A DNA stretch of 64,000 nt from positions 871,694-935,693 of the forward strand of contig JAWQFM010000005.1 in the NCBI GenBank assembly GCA_033442325.1, given 5' to 3'. Source of the stretch: Salpingoeca rosetta. Its lineage: Eukaryota; Protista; Choanoflagellata. The notes beneath the pieces were generated by a model. It was not told the DNA's origin and ran no database searches. It saw nothing but the letters and a program-made list of their open reading frames with translations. How positions within the stretch are numbered: the stretch's first letter is position 1; each line of letters starts with the position of its first letter. A program made the position numbers and the translations under genes. This document shows positions 1 to 28,451 of the stretch, piece after piece.

Positions 1-164
1 GCCCCATCTTGAGAAGATCTTCGTGGCTCATGCGCCCCTCTTATTGTAGTTTTTTTTCTCCTCCGTCTCCTTCGCTTCATGGTTGGGGCACACAGACATC
101 ACTCTTGTGCACACACCATTAAGTATACTTAAGTGTTAGATGTGAGCGCTGTGTGTCTGCGTTC

Positions 165-248
<84 letters not shown>

Positions 249-810
249 GTGGAATGACTGTCCATCGCCCTGAAGACATTTGCTGCCGCTCACCGTTTCA
301 CGGACGCGTTCCCAGAAGATGTCAGACACCATTCTGCCGACCAGTGACGACAGTGGTGAGATGCAAGCACGTAGGGCAGCGCAAAGAGCAACAAACACTT
401 GTCACCCACCCAACACATCCAACCACGACCACTGGTAACCATGCACCAGGCTCGCCACCCGCAACCGCTACCACAATGCCACGCACCTGGAGAGGTTATC
501 AGTGCCGAGCTTGTCTGTGCCGACCTGGCTGGACTTGAAGAACGGCGAGGAGGCAAAGTACTGCCGCTCCGTGCGCCGGATGGTGTCGATGCTGTCGTTC
601 GCTGGTGGACGCGCAGGTGTCGTTGTTGTTGTTTAAGTTGTTGTTGATGTTGTTTAAGTTGTTGTTGATGTTGTTTAAGTTGTTGTTGTTGTTTAAGGTG
701 TTTAAGTTGTTGTTGTTGTTTAAGGTGTTTAAGTTGTTGTTGTTGTTTAAGGTGTTTAAGTTGTTGTTGTTGATGTTGTTTTGTAAGATGTTGTTGATGT
801 TGTTTTGTAA

Positions 811-850
<40 letters not shown>

Positions 851-1394
851 TTTAAATTGTTGTTGTTGTTGTTGTTGACGGTGATGTGTGAGATGAATGG
901 ATCGTGGCATGTGAGGTGAAGGGATGGTGCTGTATGGGGGAAGGGGTCACGGAGGGAAGGAACACGCGTATTCACCCAACAGCGATATGAAAGCAGCCAA
1001 CGGCAGGTGGTGACAACATGGCAACATGTCAACATGGCACTCACGGTTGGCTGTGCCGGTGACGACAGCAAAATATGCACGCGCGTGCATGTTGAACCGC
1101 TCGCCGTTGAGCGTGGCGCGCAGCTGAAATGTGTGAATGCGCGTGAATGTGTGTGTGTGTGCGGGTGTGAGTGGACCTGCTTTGTGTACGTGTGCGTGTG
1201 GGCAAAGTGGCATGTGTCGAGGTACACGATACTGGACTTGTGGCCAGTACCTTTTGCTTTGAGATTGAGAGCTTCTCTGCGAGATCGACCTTGGTCAGCA
1301 CAAACACGGTGCGGTCACCTGTGCAACCAGCCACACACGGCGCAGCAGCGGCGTGAGTTCAGTTTCTATCAGCACGCATCAAACTCAAGCAAAC

Positions 1395-1469
<75 letters not shown>

Positions 1470-1625
1470 GTAGCAGCAGCAGCACCTTCGGGGTCGGCCT
1501 CCCTGACGAGATCGGCGACGCTGCTCGATTCAGCATCGCGCGAGGCATCCTGATGATGGCGGCGGCACAAAAGGAGGTGGTGGGTGGTGTTGCGTTAGGA
1601 CATGGTACCATCACCACACCAAGCG

Positions 1626-1711
<86 letters not shown>

Positions 1712-2690
1712 AGTGTGGGACAGCCGACCTGGATGCAGAGGATGATGGCGTTTGGATTTGCAATATGCGCCTTGCACATGCCGAGGATGCTGTTCTTAGT
1801 TGTTGTTGGCATACCGCGTGTGTGGTGCTGGCGGCGCAGCACACACGAGCATGCAAGACAAAGAGAGAGGGGAGGACAGGACACGTGAGGGGAGGATGAT
1901 CCGTGGGAATGGTGGCGGCAGCAATGGCAATTGGATGAGTGGAAGGAAGAGGAAGAAGGAAGGAAGGAAGCAAGGAAGGAAGCAAGGAAGGAAGGACGGA
2001 AGGAAGGAAGGGCGATTGCATGCATTGGGTTGGAACCAACCTGGATGATGCCTGGGAGGTCGACGAGCACCATGGGCTGCAGACCAGGGCCTTCAAGCTC
2101 AAGCGCAAGTGTGCGGCTGCTCACCACATTCTCCGCATCCAGCCTGCCACGCGCGCGATGATAACATGGGGCAGGCATGAGTCAATGCAATCCACCTGAA
2201 CAGTCCCTCGCCCCTGCTCTTCCTTCCTTCCCACCTCGCCACCACCCATCTTCACCCATCCCCAACCAACCCCCCTCCTCCCCAAGGGACTCACGACTTA
2301 AGCATGCGGTCCTCAATCCTGTCGCGCAGCTTCCTCAGGTCCGCATCGCTGCGCAGGTTGTACACGACGTCCTCGTCCCTGATGCGCGCCACGTGGTGTG
2401 CGCCCTCGCTCATGGTCACTTGGATCGGCGCCCGCGTCATCATCTCACCGGCTCCGCGCGGGAATATGCGCGCACGCACAAGCACCTCCAGCACACTCGT
2501 CTTGCCCGCGCTCTGTTTGGGCGGGGTGGGGGCGGGGGTGGTTGTGCATTGTTGGTCGTGGTGGTGGTTATGAAGGTGATGGTGGAGAAATGACTGCAGT
2601 GAGTACAGGCGAATAACGAAACACACAGACAAAGCACGAGCACACCCAGCTAACCAACCACACCAAACCAACAAACAAACACTCCACGTG

Positions 2691-2782
<92 letters not shown>

Positions 2783-4577
2783 CCGCAGTCAGCACCTGGT
2801 CGCCGACGACGACGACGCGTGGGAGGCGCTCCTGTGCATCGAAGGACGAGTCGACCTGGGAACGCAGGTCAAGAATCTCCGCGAAGAGATCAATCGCGCG
2901 CTTCTGCCGCGTGTGCGCGCCCTGCATGTGTGGCGGTGGGGTTGGATGACGTCGTCGTGGTGGTGGTGGCGGCGTGTGTGTGTGCGCGGTGGGTGGGGGT
3001 GAGGTGTTGTTGGGAATGTAATCAGTCAACACGGACAAAGGGAAAGAGAAGCAGAGAGCGTTCGTTTGTGTATGTTTGCGTGCGTGTGCATGCATGAGCG
3101 TGTGCGTGTGTGTTGTCTGTGTGTGCACCTTTTGCTGGCGGATGATTTGCAGGCGGTGCAGTTCCTCGTTCTCCGCCTTGAGCTGATCAATCACTTTATG
3201 CAGTCGCGCACGCTCCGCCTGCAGTTCTTGCTGTGCCGCATCCTGCCAGTGCAGCGCGAAGAAGAGGGGGTTCAATGGGATTTGAGGAATCACAGCACAA
3301 CAACTGTGAGAACCAAAGCAACACAGACACCCATACATGCACAGACACCCAGGTACAGACAAAGACAAGATGCACAAACAGACAGACACCCACGTACACA
3401 CAGAGACAGAGACAGAGACAGAGGCAGAGAGGCAGAGACAAACACCCCCCACAGACAGACACACACAGACACACCACACACGTCTCCACCCACATTTGAG
3501 TTGTTGAGCTGCTCCTGCAGGTCTGCGAGCTGCTCGTGCAAGAGAGCAATCTCTGTCTCCTTCTCCTCCCTCAGCTTGCGCATGGCCTGCTGCAGGGCGT
3601 CAATTGCCTCCTGCCCCTGTTGCACCTGCGCACGCAGCTCTTCAACAAGCTGCCTGTGCTCCTCCTCTCGCACGCTATTGCGGCCTGTTGCGCTGTTGTC
3701 GTCGTCGTCGCCATCGCCGGCGCCGGCGGGCGGTGTTGACGGGTCGCCGTCACCACCTGTGGTGCCATCGTCCTCTGATGCTGCGGTGCAGTGTGCAGTC
3801 GGTACAAGGCCCACTGCCGCATGAGTGCAGGTGGGACGCAGTGCACACAGGTACACATAACGGTTCACATAAGACGCACACGCACACGAGACATATAAAG
3901 AGAGCATGGTGTCTAAGCGGAGGCGTGCGAGCGAGAGCAAGCTTGTTTTTGTTGGGGAAGACAGACACACTCCAATCTCATATGCACAGGCGCTTCTTCA
4001 CGCGCACACTTTGATGCACGTTCACATTCCCTTCCCCCCCCCCCCCACGCACGGAACCATGGCACGTCTGCCACCACTGAAGCTGCGCCACGCCTCAAAG
4101 CACACATGCCATTACAACCAGGCGGTGGGATGCTCACCGTGGGGCTTGATGTTGCCGTGCTCGTCGGCAATGCCCGGAGTCATGCGCGCACGCACGTGGC
4201 CCATCTCCGTGCGCAGATACCCGAGAATGCCATCCACTATTGAAAGGGCAGGAAACCAGCAGCATTGTGTTCGTGATGTGCGGTGAGCACGACACAGTGC
4301 AACACGGCTCGAGATCATTGGGGGAGGGGAAGCTCAAAGGCCCGAATGCACATGGGTGCAGGCGCACATGGGCATACGCAATGCACAAGGGAAATACCAT
4401 ACCGCCTTCAGACAGGTCGCTGATCCCTGGCGGTAGCTCCATGTCAGGAATGTGTTTCTTGATCTGAATAAATAAAGGCCAAGGTGAAATGTGAGACGGG
4501 TTGCACCAGGTGCATGGACGCGTGGACGTATGGGCGTATGGGGAGTACAGCTCGATCGCACACGCACACGCACAGAC

Positions 4578-4608
<31 letters not shown>

Positions 4609-5054
4609 CAGGCGCAGATGCACACATACACACAAACAGACAGACACACCTCGCCGGCGGCAGCGCCGATGCCACCGATGACAATGGCTGGGTAGAGGAC
4701 GGCACGCCGTGAGAGCACAAAGAGCGAGGCAAGTACGCCTGCCGACGCATGTCGTCGCTGTGCAGTTAGCCCCGAGCGTGCAGCCGCAGTTGCGCGTGTC
4801 GTGCCCGTTGCCTGTGAAGACAGCACGCCAAACCAGCGTGCCTGCCGCCGAACTGGCTGTGCTTGTGCCGCCGGCGCTTGTTGCGGCTGCTGGTGGTAGT
4901 GCCGACACTGTTGACGTGGCTGTGGTTGCTGCGATGCTGGCTGTTGCTGGCGTGGCGCCCGACAGCTGTGGGGTTTGTTGTGATGCTGCCGCAGTGGCTG
5001 CTGTATTGCCTGCCGTAATGCGGCAGAAGCGCGACCCACGCCGCGCTGCATCAT
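1..5054 (-). CDS. OPA1: Dynamin-like mitochondrial fusion GTPase OPA1 (multi-exon, 3' end beyond left edge)
   Basis: First ATG at 5054 ([12 protein letters not shown], Arg-rich transit-peptide-like), then a hydrophobic segment ([16 protein letters not shown]) and coiled-coil exons at ~3783-3129. The spliced GTPase exons read [10 protein letters not shown]|[43 protein letters not shown]|[27 protein letters not shown] and [12 protein letters not shown], matching the metazoan OPA1 G1-G4 region. Confidence 0.93.
620..877. repeat. Composite (TTG)n-derived minisatellite in an OPA1 intron
   Basis: Repeated TTGTTGTTGTTTAAGGTGTTTAAG and TTGTTGATGTTGTTTTGTAAGATG units lie between OPA1 exons ending at ~1044 and starting at ~602. 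Confidence 0.85.
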
Positions 5055-5646
5055 TGCTGCTCCCAATGCCAAGGGGCGTGCTTATGTGTCCACCAAACAA
5101 CCCTGTCAACCACGCACCCGTGACGTGATGTGATGTGATGTGTGCGTGTATGTGCGTGTGTGTGTGTGTGTGTGCGTGTGTGTGTGTGCGTGTGCGTGCG
5201 TGTGTGTGTGTGTGACCACAGCAATTGTCTCAGACGGAGATGATGGCGAGTGGCTGCTGCGGCAATCTGACTCACACAACAAACCTTTTGCTTCTCTTTT
5301 GCTTTGCGCCTTTCAGGTGTTGCATCGCCGCACCGAAAGAAATATGGCGATCACATTAACAATCGCCATCATTTGATGTGGGGGACATTGCTAATTTTCC
5401 GCCAGAAAAAAACGAACGACAACAACGAACACAGAGCAAGCAAGCAAGACGACGACAACAGAGCAACCGACGGCGACAGAGACGTGCGAGCGAGTGACAA
5501 GCGAGCGAGCCAGCCAGCAAAGCCAGCCGCACGCTGGGGAAAGCAAGTGAAGACTGCATCAGCGTGTCTGCACAGCATCACTGCGAAGCCTTTTTTGTTG
5601 TTTTTGTGTGGCGACACCATCCATTGTTGAGTGAGAACAGTCCAAG

Positions 5647-7789
<2,143 letters not shown>

Positions 7790-8304
7790 GGCGGCAGCGG
7801 CGATGTTGATGGCGGTGGTGGTGTCGAGGGGAGGTGGATGTGATTGTTTGTTGGGTGGGCGGTGTGTGGTTGCCCCGACCGCTTGCTGCTTGCTTGCACA
7901 GTGTTGTACGTGGTTGCAATGGGTGTGGACGTGTGGTGGTTGTTCATGTGTTACATGCATGTCCACTACCAGTGGTCCTCCAGGACAAAATAAACGCTGC
8001 CCTGATGCGAGCCCGTGACGTTTGGGTGCGACTTGCTGTGAGACACGATGTGAGAGGCTGCATGAGGGTGAGGTTGAGTGAGGACACAAGGGGCATAGTC
8101 TTCATATCATGCATTGATGTCGCGTGTTCGCTTATGTCTTTACTGTTGTTTGGTTGCGTGTGTGTGCCAGCAAGCATCACACCCTAAACAATAAACAAGG
8201 AGAGAAGAGGGGGGAGGGGGAGGGAAGAGGGGATCAATACCACACAATACCACAATCAGAAACGCGAGCTAACGCAAGTGTAACGAGATCAAAGGGTTGC
8301 TGAG

Positions 8305-8399
8305 CTAGAGCGGCGCTGGTGGCTGCGATGGACGCGGAAGGCGGTCGGGGCGGCCGTGTTGATGGTGCTGTTGTTGTACGGGCGACTCACACCCACACA

Positions 8400-8465
<66 letters not shown>

Positions 8466-8476
8466 GGTGTTGTTGG

Positions 8477-8522
<46 letters not shown>

Positions 8523-9132
8523 GGCTTCTACCATGACCAGCACCGCCATTTTCATGGGTGATACCGCCATCGTCACGACCCCTCGCCTCTCTCAAGCCAT
8601 CATTGCCACCACCATCACCATCGCCACCTCTGCCATCCTCCTCCTCCTCACCATCACAATCATCATCGTCATCAGGTACAGGGAGCTTGGTGTGCGGTTG
8701 CAACGCCGCTGTCACGTTGCCCCAGTATGCGCCGTGCTGGCGATACCACTCAATTGTCTCTGCCAGGCCCTCGCCCCAGGCCACGCGCGGCTGCCAGCCC
8801 AGGGCGGCGAGGTTGGCGTGGTCGATGAGGTAGCGGTGGTCCTGGAAGGTGCGGTTTGCCACGTGCTCGATGCACGTGTGCACATCGCGGCCCACAATGG
8901 CACACACGTCACGCGCCACGTCCAGCACGGAGATTTCGCTCGTGGAGCCGATGTTGTACACCGTGTGCAGTGGCCCTGACAGCGTGGGCGGGGGGCAATG
9001 AAAGGCACAGGAGCGGGAGGAGGAGGAGGAGGTGGTGGTGGAGGTGGTGGTGGGAGGTGTGAGCAGGCAAGCAAGGCAGCAGCGAGATGACAAACTGCAG
9101 CGAGACAGGGCTGCGCATGGAGAGGCAGCAGC

Positions 9133-9171
<39 letters not shown>

Positions 9172-10021
9172 AATACTCACGCACACAGTGCAGCAACGCA
9201 ACAACAACAACAACAACAACACACACACACACACACACACACAATACACACACACACACACACAAAACCAAAGCACAACACGTGTAAACACTGTCACAAA
9301 CTGAAGCCCCAAATACAGCCTGTATGTGCTTGTGTCACAGACCGTGGTCAATGAGGAGGTTGAACGCTGCAGCAACATCGCGCACGTGCACATATCCCCT
9401 TCGCTGGCTGCCGTCACCATGGATGGGGAGCGTCATGCCGTGCAGCGCACGCAGGATGAACTTGGGTATCAACTTCTCCGGGTACTGGCACGGCCCATAC
9501 ACCTGTTGCGCCGCAGCATGGAGGGCGTGAGGCCATGCTGCACACGCGTGCTCACCTTGACTTCACTCATCACACACGCCGCGCAGCAAACCCATACCAG
9601 GCGCGTGCACATACAGACAAGTGCAGTGACACACAGATGCACAGACACAGCCACACACATTGACGCACACACACACACACAGACACAGACACAGAGGCAC
9701 ATACGTATACAACCACAGCCACAGCCACAGCCACAGACACAAACACGGGCACACATACACTGATGCACATGTACAGACACACACTGTTCACGCACGTTGT
9801 TGCCGCGCGTGACGATGATGGGGAGGCGGAAGCTCTTCTGGTATGCCTTGACAATCATCTCAGCTGCAGCCTTGGATGCGGAGTAAGGGTTGGTAGGGTC
9901 CAGCGGGCTCTCGTTCTCCAAAAACTGGTGCTCAGAGTCGGGCTTTGTGCCCCCATACACCTCGTCTGTGCTCACGTGGATGATGCGTTCAAGCTGTCCC
10001 GCCACACGCTGCAGGTGCAAA

Positions 10022-10092
<71 letters not shown>

Positions 10093-10266
10093 TGTGTGCG
10101 TGTGTGTGTGTGTGAGGGGAGGGCGAGGTTGCGTAGGGATGCGTGAGGTGATGCGTGCATGTGTAAAGCATGGCTACAGGTGCTGTTAAACACAATACCC
10201 CGGCACACACAGACACAGACACCCAGGCAGACAGGCAGACACACACACAGACACACACAGACACAC

Positions 10267-10302
<36 letters not shown>

Positions 10303-10803
10303 CCACACCAAACGTACCCGGCAAGCCTCCAGCGTGACGTGCGTACCGACGACGTTGGTTTGTGTGAAACAGAGGGTGGAATCAAACGAGTTGTCCACGT
10401 GGGACTGGGCTGCAAAGTGCATGAGCACGGTCACTTTGAAGTGGCTCAAGATGGTCTCCATCAGCTCCAGGTCGCACACGCTGCCTCTGATGAATGCAAA
10501 GCGCTGGGATGGGGAGGCCTGCACCTTGCCTTGCAGAATGGCAGGCAGGAGCTGTTGTGATGGCAGCTCTGATGCACCGCGGCTGCGGTTGTCGAGGCCA
10601 CACGTGTCGTGGCCAGCATCGCCATCAGCAGCGGGATCAGCGTCTCCGCCATCTACCAGAAGGTCTTCGATGTTCTTGAGCGATGCGCAATAGTCCAGGT
10701 TGTCCAGCACAATCACCCGTGCACCTGGCCGCTGCCGGTACACATAGCGTGCCACATGCGATCCAATAAAGCCAGCACCCCCCGTCACCAAGATCACCCG
10801 CAT
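8305..10803 (-). CDS. NDP-glucose 4,6-dehydratase (TGDS / RmlB / RHM N-terminal-domain type extended SDR)
   Basis: ATG at 10803 gives MRVILVTGGAGFIGSH (GxxGxxG). Further motifs are HFAAQSHVDNSF, HVSTDEVYG, PYSASKAAAE (YxxxK), TRGNN|VYGPCQYPEKLIPKF and YNIG..LGWQPRVAWGEGLAETIEWY, followed by an acidic/polyQ tail. Confidence 0.9.
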
Positions 10804-11058
10804 CACCACCGCCACACACGTCTCAATCAACGTCGTCGTTTGTCTGACGAAGCAAAGCGCTGGCAAGACACCACAAAATGCACCGCAACAGTGCCTTGGT
10901 GGCGAAAAGTGGCGGAAGGTGTTGCCAACTATCGAATAATTCGACCAAACAGGCAAAGGCGGCCAGGCAGAAGAGGAACAGCACAACTCACAACCCACAC
11001 CACACCACACCTTCCGGCCACCACACCGCCACCCTCCCTTGCGTTGTTTTGTGTCACC

Positions 11059-11749
11059 ATGCCAAAGTCAGCGGTACGTCGTGGAGAAGGAAGAGAAGTT
11101 GTAGTGTCGTTCGCGCGGCTGCTATGAGCAGCAGTGAGAGCAGGCAAACATCTCTGCTGTTGTGTGTGGTGGTTTCAACATCTTTGACAAGAACGCAACA
11201 CCAACATTGATGATGATTATCAATGTGTTTATTTGTTTGTGTTATGTCCTGGGCTGGCCGCCTGGGAAGCCTACTGCCTTTGCTGCTTCTGTTGCTAGCG
11301 CTTGCGTTTGTTGCTAGCTTTTGTTGCTTGCGGTTGTTTGTTTCTCCCTGCTACTGCCTGCTGCTCCTGCTGCTTCTGCTTCTTCTGCTGCTGCTTCTGT
11401 TGTTGCGTGCTTGCAGTGTTATGTTACGCTTTGCTGCGGCAAGCGACACGAGCTCACGGTTCATTTGTGACTGCGGCGCCATTCTTCGGTGCAGACGGTC
11501 GAGGTGATCCACATGCTGGGTCGTGACTCGTTTGAAATTACTTCCAAGACCACAGGCCATGACCTCTTTGTTCAGGTTCGAATGCGTGTGTGTGTCTATA
11601 ACTGTGTGAATGTTTGTGTGTGTGTGCACATGTGTGGGTCTGTGTGTACACATGTGTGTGTATGTGTGTTCTCTCCTTCCCTCCCTCCCTCTCTCCATCT
11701 CCCTCCCTCTCCCTCCCTCTCCCTCCCTCTCCCTCCCTCCCTCCCTCTC

Positions 11750-11811
<62 letters not shown>

Positions 11812-13817
11812 TCTGTGCATACGTGCTGTGTAACTCCGTGGAGGTCTATGTGTGTGCGTGTGTGTGTGTGTGTTGTAGAGCAATTTCTCACGTGTGTGCG
11901 CGCCCTGCTCCTTTGTTGTTGCTGCTGCTTGTTGGGACAGGTCATGGAGAAGCTTGAAGCGCCCGCCAACTCCTTCTTCAACCTGCAGTACACAGACAAC
12001 AAGGACTTTGAGGCCTTCATCAAGCCCGAGAAGAAGGTGCATGGCCCGCGCTGCTTGAGGGGGAAAGAAAATGGTTGCATTGAGTGCCGGCTTCTCTGCT
12101 CTTCCTGCTTGGTGAGCGCATCGTTGATGGTTTACGCGTGTCGTTTCCCCTCACCACTTTTTCGTGCCTTTCGCAATCCTTGCCACTGCGTATGCTTGTA
12201 GGTGCTGTCGCATGACTTGAAGAAGGTCAAGGATGCGCCCCACCAGTTTGCCCTTCGCGCCCAGTTTTATCCTGGTGCGTGCGTGTTTGTGTGTGTTTGT
12301 GTGTGTTTGTGTGTGTTTGTGTGTGTTTGTGTGTGTTTGTGTGTGTTTGTGTGTGTTTGTGTGTGTTTGTGTGTGTTTGTGTGTGCATGCGTGTGTGTGT
12401 GCGTGTGTGCGTGTGTGTGTGTGTGCAATTGTGTCTTTGGGTGTGTTCTGTTGACTCAGCGACGACTCTCCCGACACCACGCACGCCACTCTCCTCTGTT
12501 CAACACCGACAGAGCTTGTGAACGAGGAGCTGAGTGACGAGCGCGTGCAAGAGCTCTTCTGGCTGCAGATCAGGGAGTCGATTGTCTCCGACACGTGCTA
12601 CTGCCCGCCAGAGCTCTGTGTCCTCTTTGCCGCAGAGGCGGTGAGTGGCATGTGTGTGCGTGTGTGGAAATGCGTTTGTATGCGCATGTTTGCTTTGTTT
12701 GCACGTTGTGGGTCTGCATGTGCTGTGTTTGTTCATGTGCGTCTCATTGCGTTGAACTGCCAGCTGTTGCCATTTCATGAACCGCCCACTCACGAAGAAC
12801 CCCTGCACCCCCCCCCCCTGCCCAAAACAAAAACCAACACAACACTCCTGCCCTCTTTTCCACGCGTTCAGATGCAAGCGGACCACGGTGACCTTGACCG
12901 CGCCACGCACGCCGGGATGATTGACGCGGCCAAGTGCCTGCCCGAACGCGTTCTCCGACAGCACGATTTGACACACGAGCAGTGGGCCGAGCGCATTGCA
13001 AACGCCTGGGACACGCTGCGGGGCATCTCCAGGTGCGCACACCACCACAAAAGGGAGGGGGAAGAGGGGAAGGTGCCGTGCTGCTGTTTACTCATTGCTT
13101 TTGCAATTTCTGTTGCTGTTGCTGTTGCTGTTTCTGTTTCTGTTGCTGCAGCACTATCATTTTTCTTTGGTGCTGCTGTGAGCGTGCAATTCACAATACG
13201 TTTCTGCACACACCTATCTGTCTGTGCTGGCTTTCTTTGTTTGCAGGCAACAGATTATCATGGACTACTTGAACGTGGCGCAGGACCTTGAGCAATACGG
13301 CGTCACCTACTTCGAGGTCAGTGGCAAGTGCTGTTCCGCATACTCGCCATTATCGCCGCTGCCCGCACTAATCCCTCCCTCTGTGTGTCTCTGTCTCTGT
13401 CTCTCTGTCTCTCTGTCTCTCTGACTGCGTCTTGCTGCCCACCCAACTCAACGCCTTGCCCTTGCCCACTTCTCTCTCTCTCTCTCTGTGTTTCTCTCTC
13501 TCTCTCTCTGTCCCTCTCTGTCTGTCTCTGTGTTCCTCTTGGCACTCACCCCACCTCTGTGTTCCTGGCTGTCCTTCGTTTCAGATCCACAACAAGAAAG
13601 GCACGAAGCTGTGGCTGGGCGTGCACAACCTTGGCATGGACATCTACGAGTACAAGAACAAGGTCACGCCGCGTCTCGGGTTCCCCTGGACGGAGATTGC
13701 AAACATTTCCTTCAACGACAAGAAGTTCACCATCAAGATGGTCGGCGGAAAGGCCCCGGTACGTGATGCTACGTATTTGGTGTGTGTGTGTGTGTGTGTG
13801 TTTGTGTATGTGTGTTT

Positions 13818-13893
<76 letters not shown>

Positions 13894-14516
13894 TGTGTTT
13901 GTGTGTTTGTGTGTGTGTGTGTGTGCCGTTGATTACATCATTGGCGGTCCTTGTCTCCTGTCCACCCGGTGCACGCTTCCCTTCATTTCTCGTCTCAACT
14001 GCCACTTACACCCCACCCACTTCACCTTAACCTGGCCCAACACCACCTCACACCTCCTTCCCTCCTTTGTGCTTCCATTGCCTTCTCCTTACCTTCTCCT
14101 CCCCACGACCACAGGACTTCAAGTTCTACTCGCCGCGGTTCAAGGTCAACAAACGCATCCTCGACCTGTGTGTCCGCAACCACCAGATGTATGTCGAGCG
14201 CAGGCGAAAGCAGGTCCGTACCCCCGTGCCTTGGCCCTTGCTGCTGTTGTTTGTTGCGTTGTTGGTGTGCGGTGGTCATGTTGTTTGATGCGATCTCCGT
14301 GGTATTTTGCACACGTCATGCGACTGCTGCTGTGATTACACCATCACGAGTGCTGTTTTTGCCGCCGTTGTCGTGATTGTCCCGGCTTGCCATCTCACAC
14401 GCATCTCACATGTCCTCCTGCTATTCGGCAGCTGATGGGCGATGGTATGGTTGAGGACCGCGCTGCCTTTGAGGCCAAGATCAAGAAGACCCGTGAGCAG
14501 CTCTCGGTAACCACAC

Positions 14517-14581
<65 letters not shown>

Positions 14582-14953
14582 ATCTGATGGTGCTTGATTA
14601 CGCCCACTGCAGCTGCTTTCGCAGTGCTTGTTTACCAACTGTTGTGCAGTCGGCGGTTTCATCGCTCACGGGCACGCCCTTGTCTTTGCTGCGTTCATGT
14701 GTGCTCGGCAGGCGATTCGGCGAGACTTGGAGAGCGTGAAGGACAAGACACACGAGACAGCAGAGGACAGGTACTACGAGCAGCAGAAGGAGGCTGGCAT
14801 GGACAAGTACAAGACAATGAAGAAGGCACAGTCAGGTACGCTTCTTTCTGTGTGCTTGTGTGTACACTTGTGTGTGTGTGCTTGTGTGTGTGCTTGTGTG
14901 TGTGTGCACTTGCACGTGTGTTTGAGTGCTTACCCACACACATACCCACACAC

Positions 14954-15026
<73 letters not shown>

Positions 15027-15197
15027 TGTACATGCACATGCACATGCACATGCACATACACACAACACGCTTGGTTGCTTTGTTTGGCCTTTATTGACAC
15101 CACCTCTGCCACCCCTGTACTCGGTTCAACTTTGTTAGGCGATGCGCGGAGGCGTATTGAAGAGTTTGAGAACCTCGAGGATGATGTGGAGTGCTGA
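11059..15197 (+). CDS. Ezrin/radixin/moesin-family protein (FERM + C-ERMAD), ~384 aa, 12 exons
   Basis: MPKSA|[16 protein letters not shown]|V resembles the ERM N-terminus. FERM motifs are [30 protein letters not shown]|[33 protein letters not shown] and [15 protein letters not shown]. The C-terminus [11 protein letters not shown]|[13 protein letters not shown] is the ERM tail. Confidence 0.9.
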
Positions 15198-15537
15198 CGC
15201 AAGCCGCTTTCTGCTGTTGCCTGTTGCATCACACGTCTTGCTTCACTTGACCTGTTCCCTTCAACCCCGCTCTCTTCTCTCACGCCACCACCGCCAACCA
15301 ACCTTTCTGCCTCCAGCCTCTTCTTGTCTCTTGCTGTCCTCTGTTAGTTCACTGTTTGTCCACAAACACACACACACATCTCTTCTTCTCTCCTTCTTCT
15401 TCATCTCCTATCATGATTTTTTGCCGCGTTGTTCGTGCTTGTTGTTCTTGTAACATGATGTGTGGCAATGTGCTGTTCTGAGTACAACACGACATGCGAG
15501 ATGATGGACTGTACGCAAACACAATGCACGCGTCGAA

Positions 15538-15581
<44 letters not shown>

Positions 15582-15666
15582 CTGTATTGACGAATGGTCT
15601 TGGAATACTTCAATCATTTTCTGCAACGTCCACTGCTCACAACACGTCAACTCACGCACTGCGACA

Positions 15667-18654
<2,988 letters not shown>

Positions 18655-18812
18655 AGAAGCAAGTTGGGCCCAAGAACAAACGACACTTTTTCCTTTGTAG
18701 TGGCATGCAACAATACTCGTCTCTCCCTTCGTCACACGGCTTTCGTCCCCTCTACTCTCTTTGTTCCTCTTAACACCGTCTCTCTCATGCACTGGCTGAC
18801 TGTTATCTCAAG

Positions 18813-18891
<79 letters not shown>

Positions 18892-19014
18892 GGTGTTGTT
18901 CGTCAGTTCGCAATCGTTCATGATGACACATCACGAAGCCCCTTCATGTTCATTGTTGGAAGGTACATACATACGCCCATACACGTAAACCCACAAGTGC
19001 ATGTCATGATATAA

Positions 19015-24588
<5,574 letters not shown>

Positions 24589-24885
24589 GATGTGTCGCTC
24601 TCATCAGCCACCAGCACAGCCTTTGTCCTGACTGCTGACGATTGGTGGGAAATATAAACAAGTTTCGTTTTCTGTGTCGTTGCAAACAAGAAGAAGAACA
24701 AGTGAAGAAGAAGAAACGACATTCGACCGACAAGAGCGAGTGAGCGAGCAACCGAGCCAAAGCAATCACCAACCCCGACCTGATATCCGCACACGTCCTT
24801 CCTCCTCTGCAGCCCTTTGTTCCCTTGTGCTACAAGTGTGGACAACGAGAACAGTGCGTGTGAGACACACGAGCACAAAGACACG

Positions 24886-28451
<3,566 letters not shown>

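Noticed and set aside
290-910. 206-aa polyQ 'QQQQLKHLK' repeat ORF
   Set aside because: The repeat lies in an OPA1 intron; the flanking exons splice in frame around it and match OPA1 without it.
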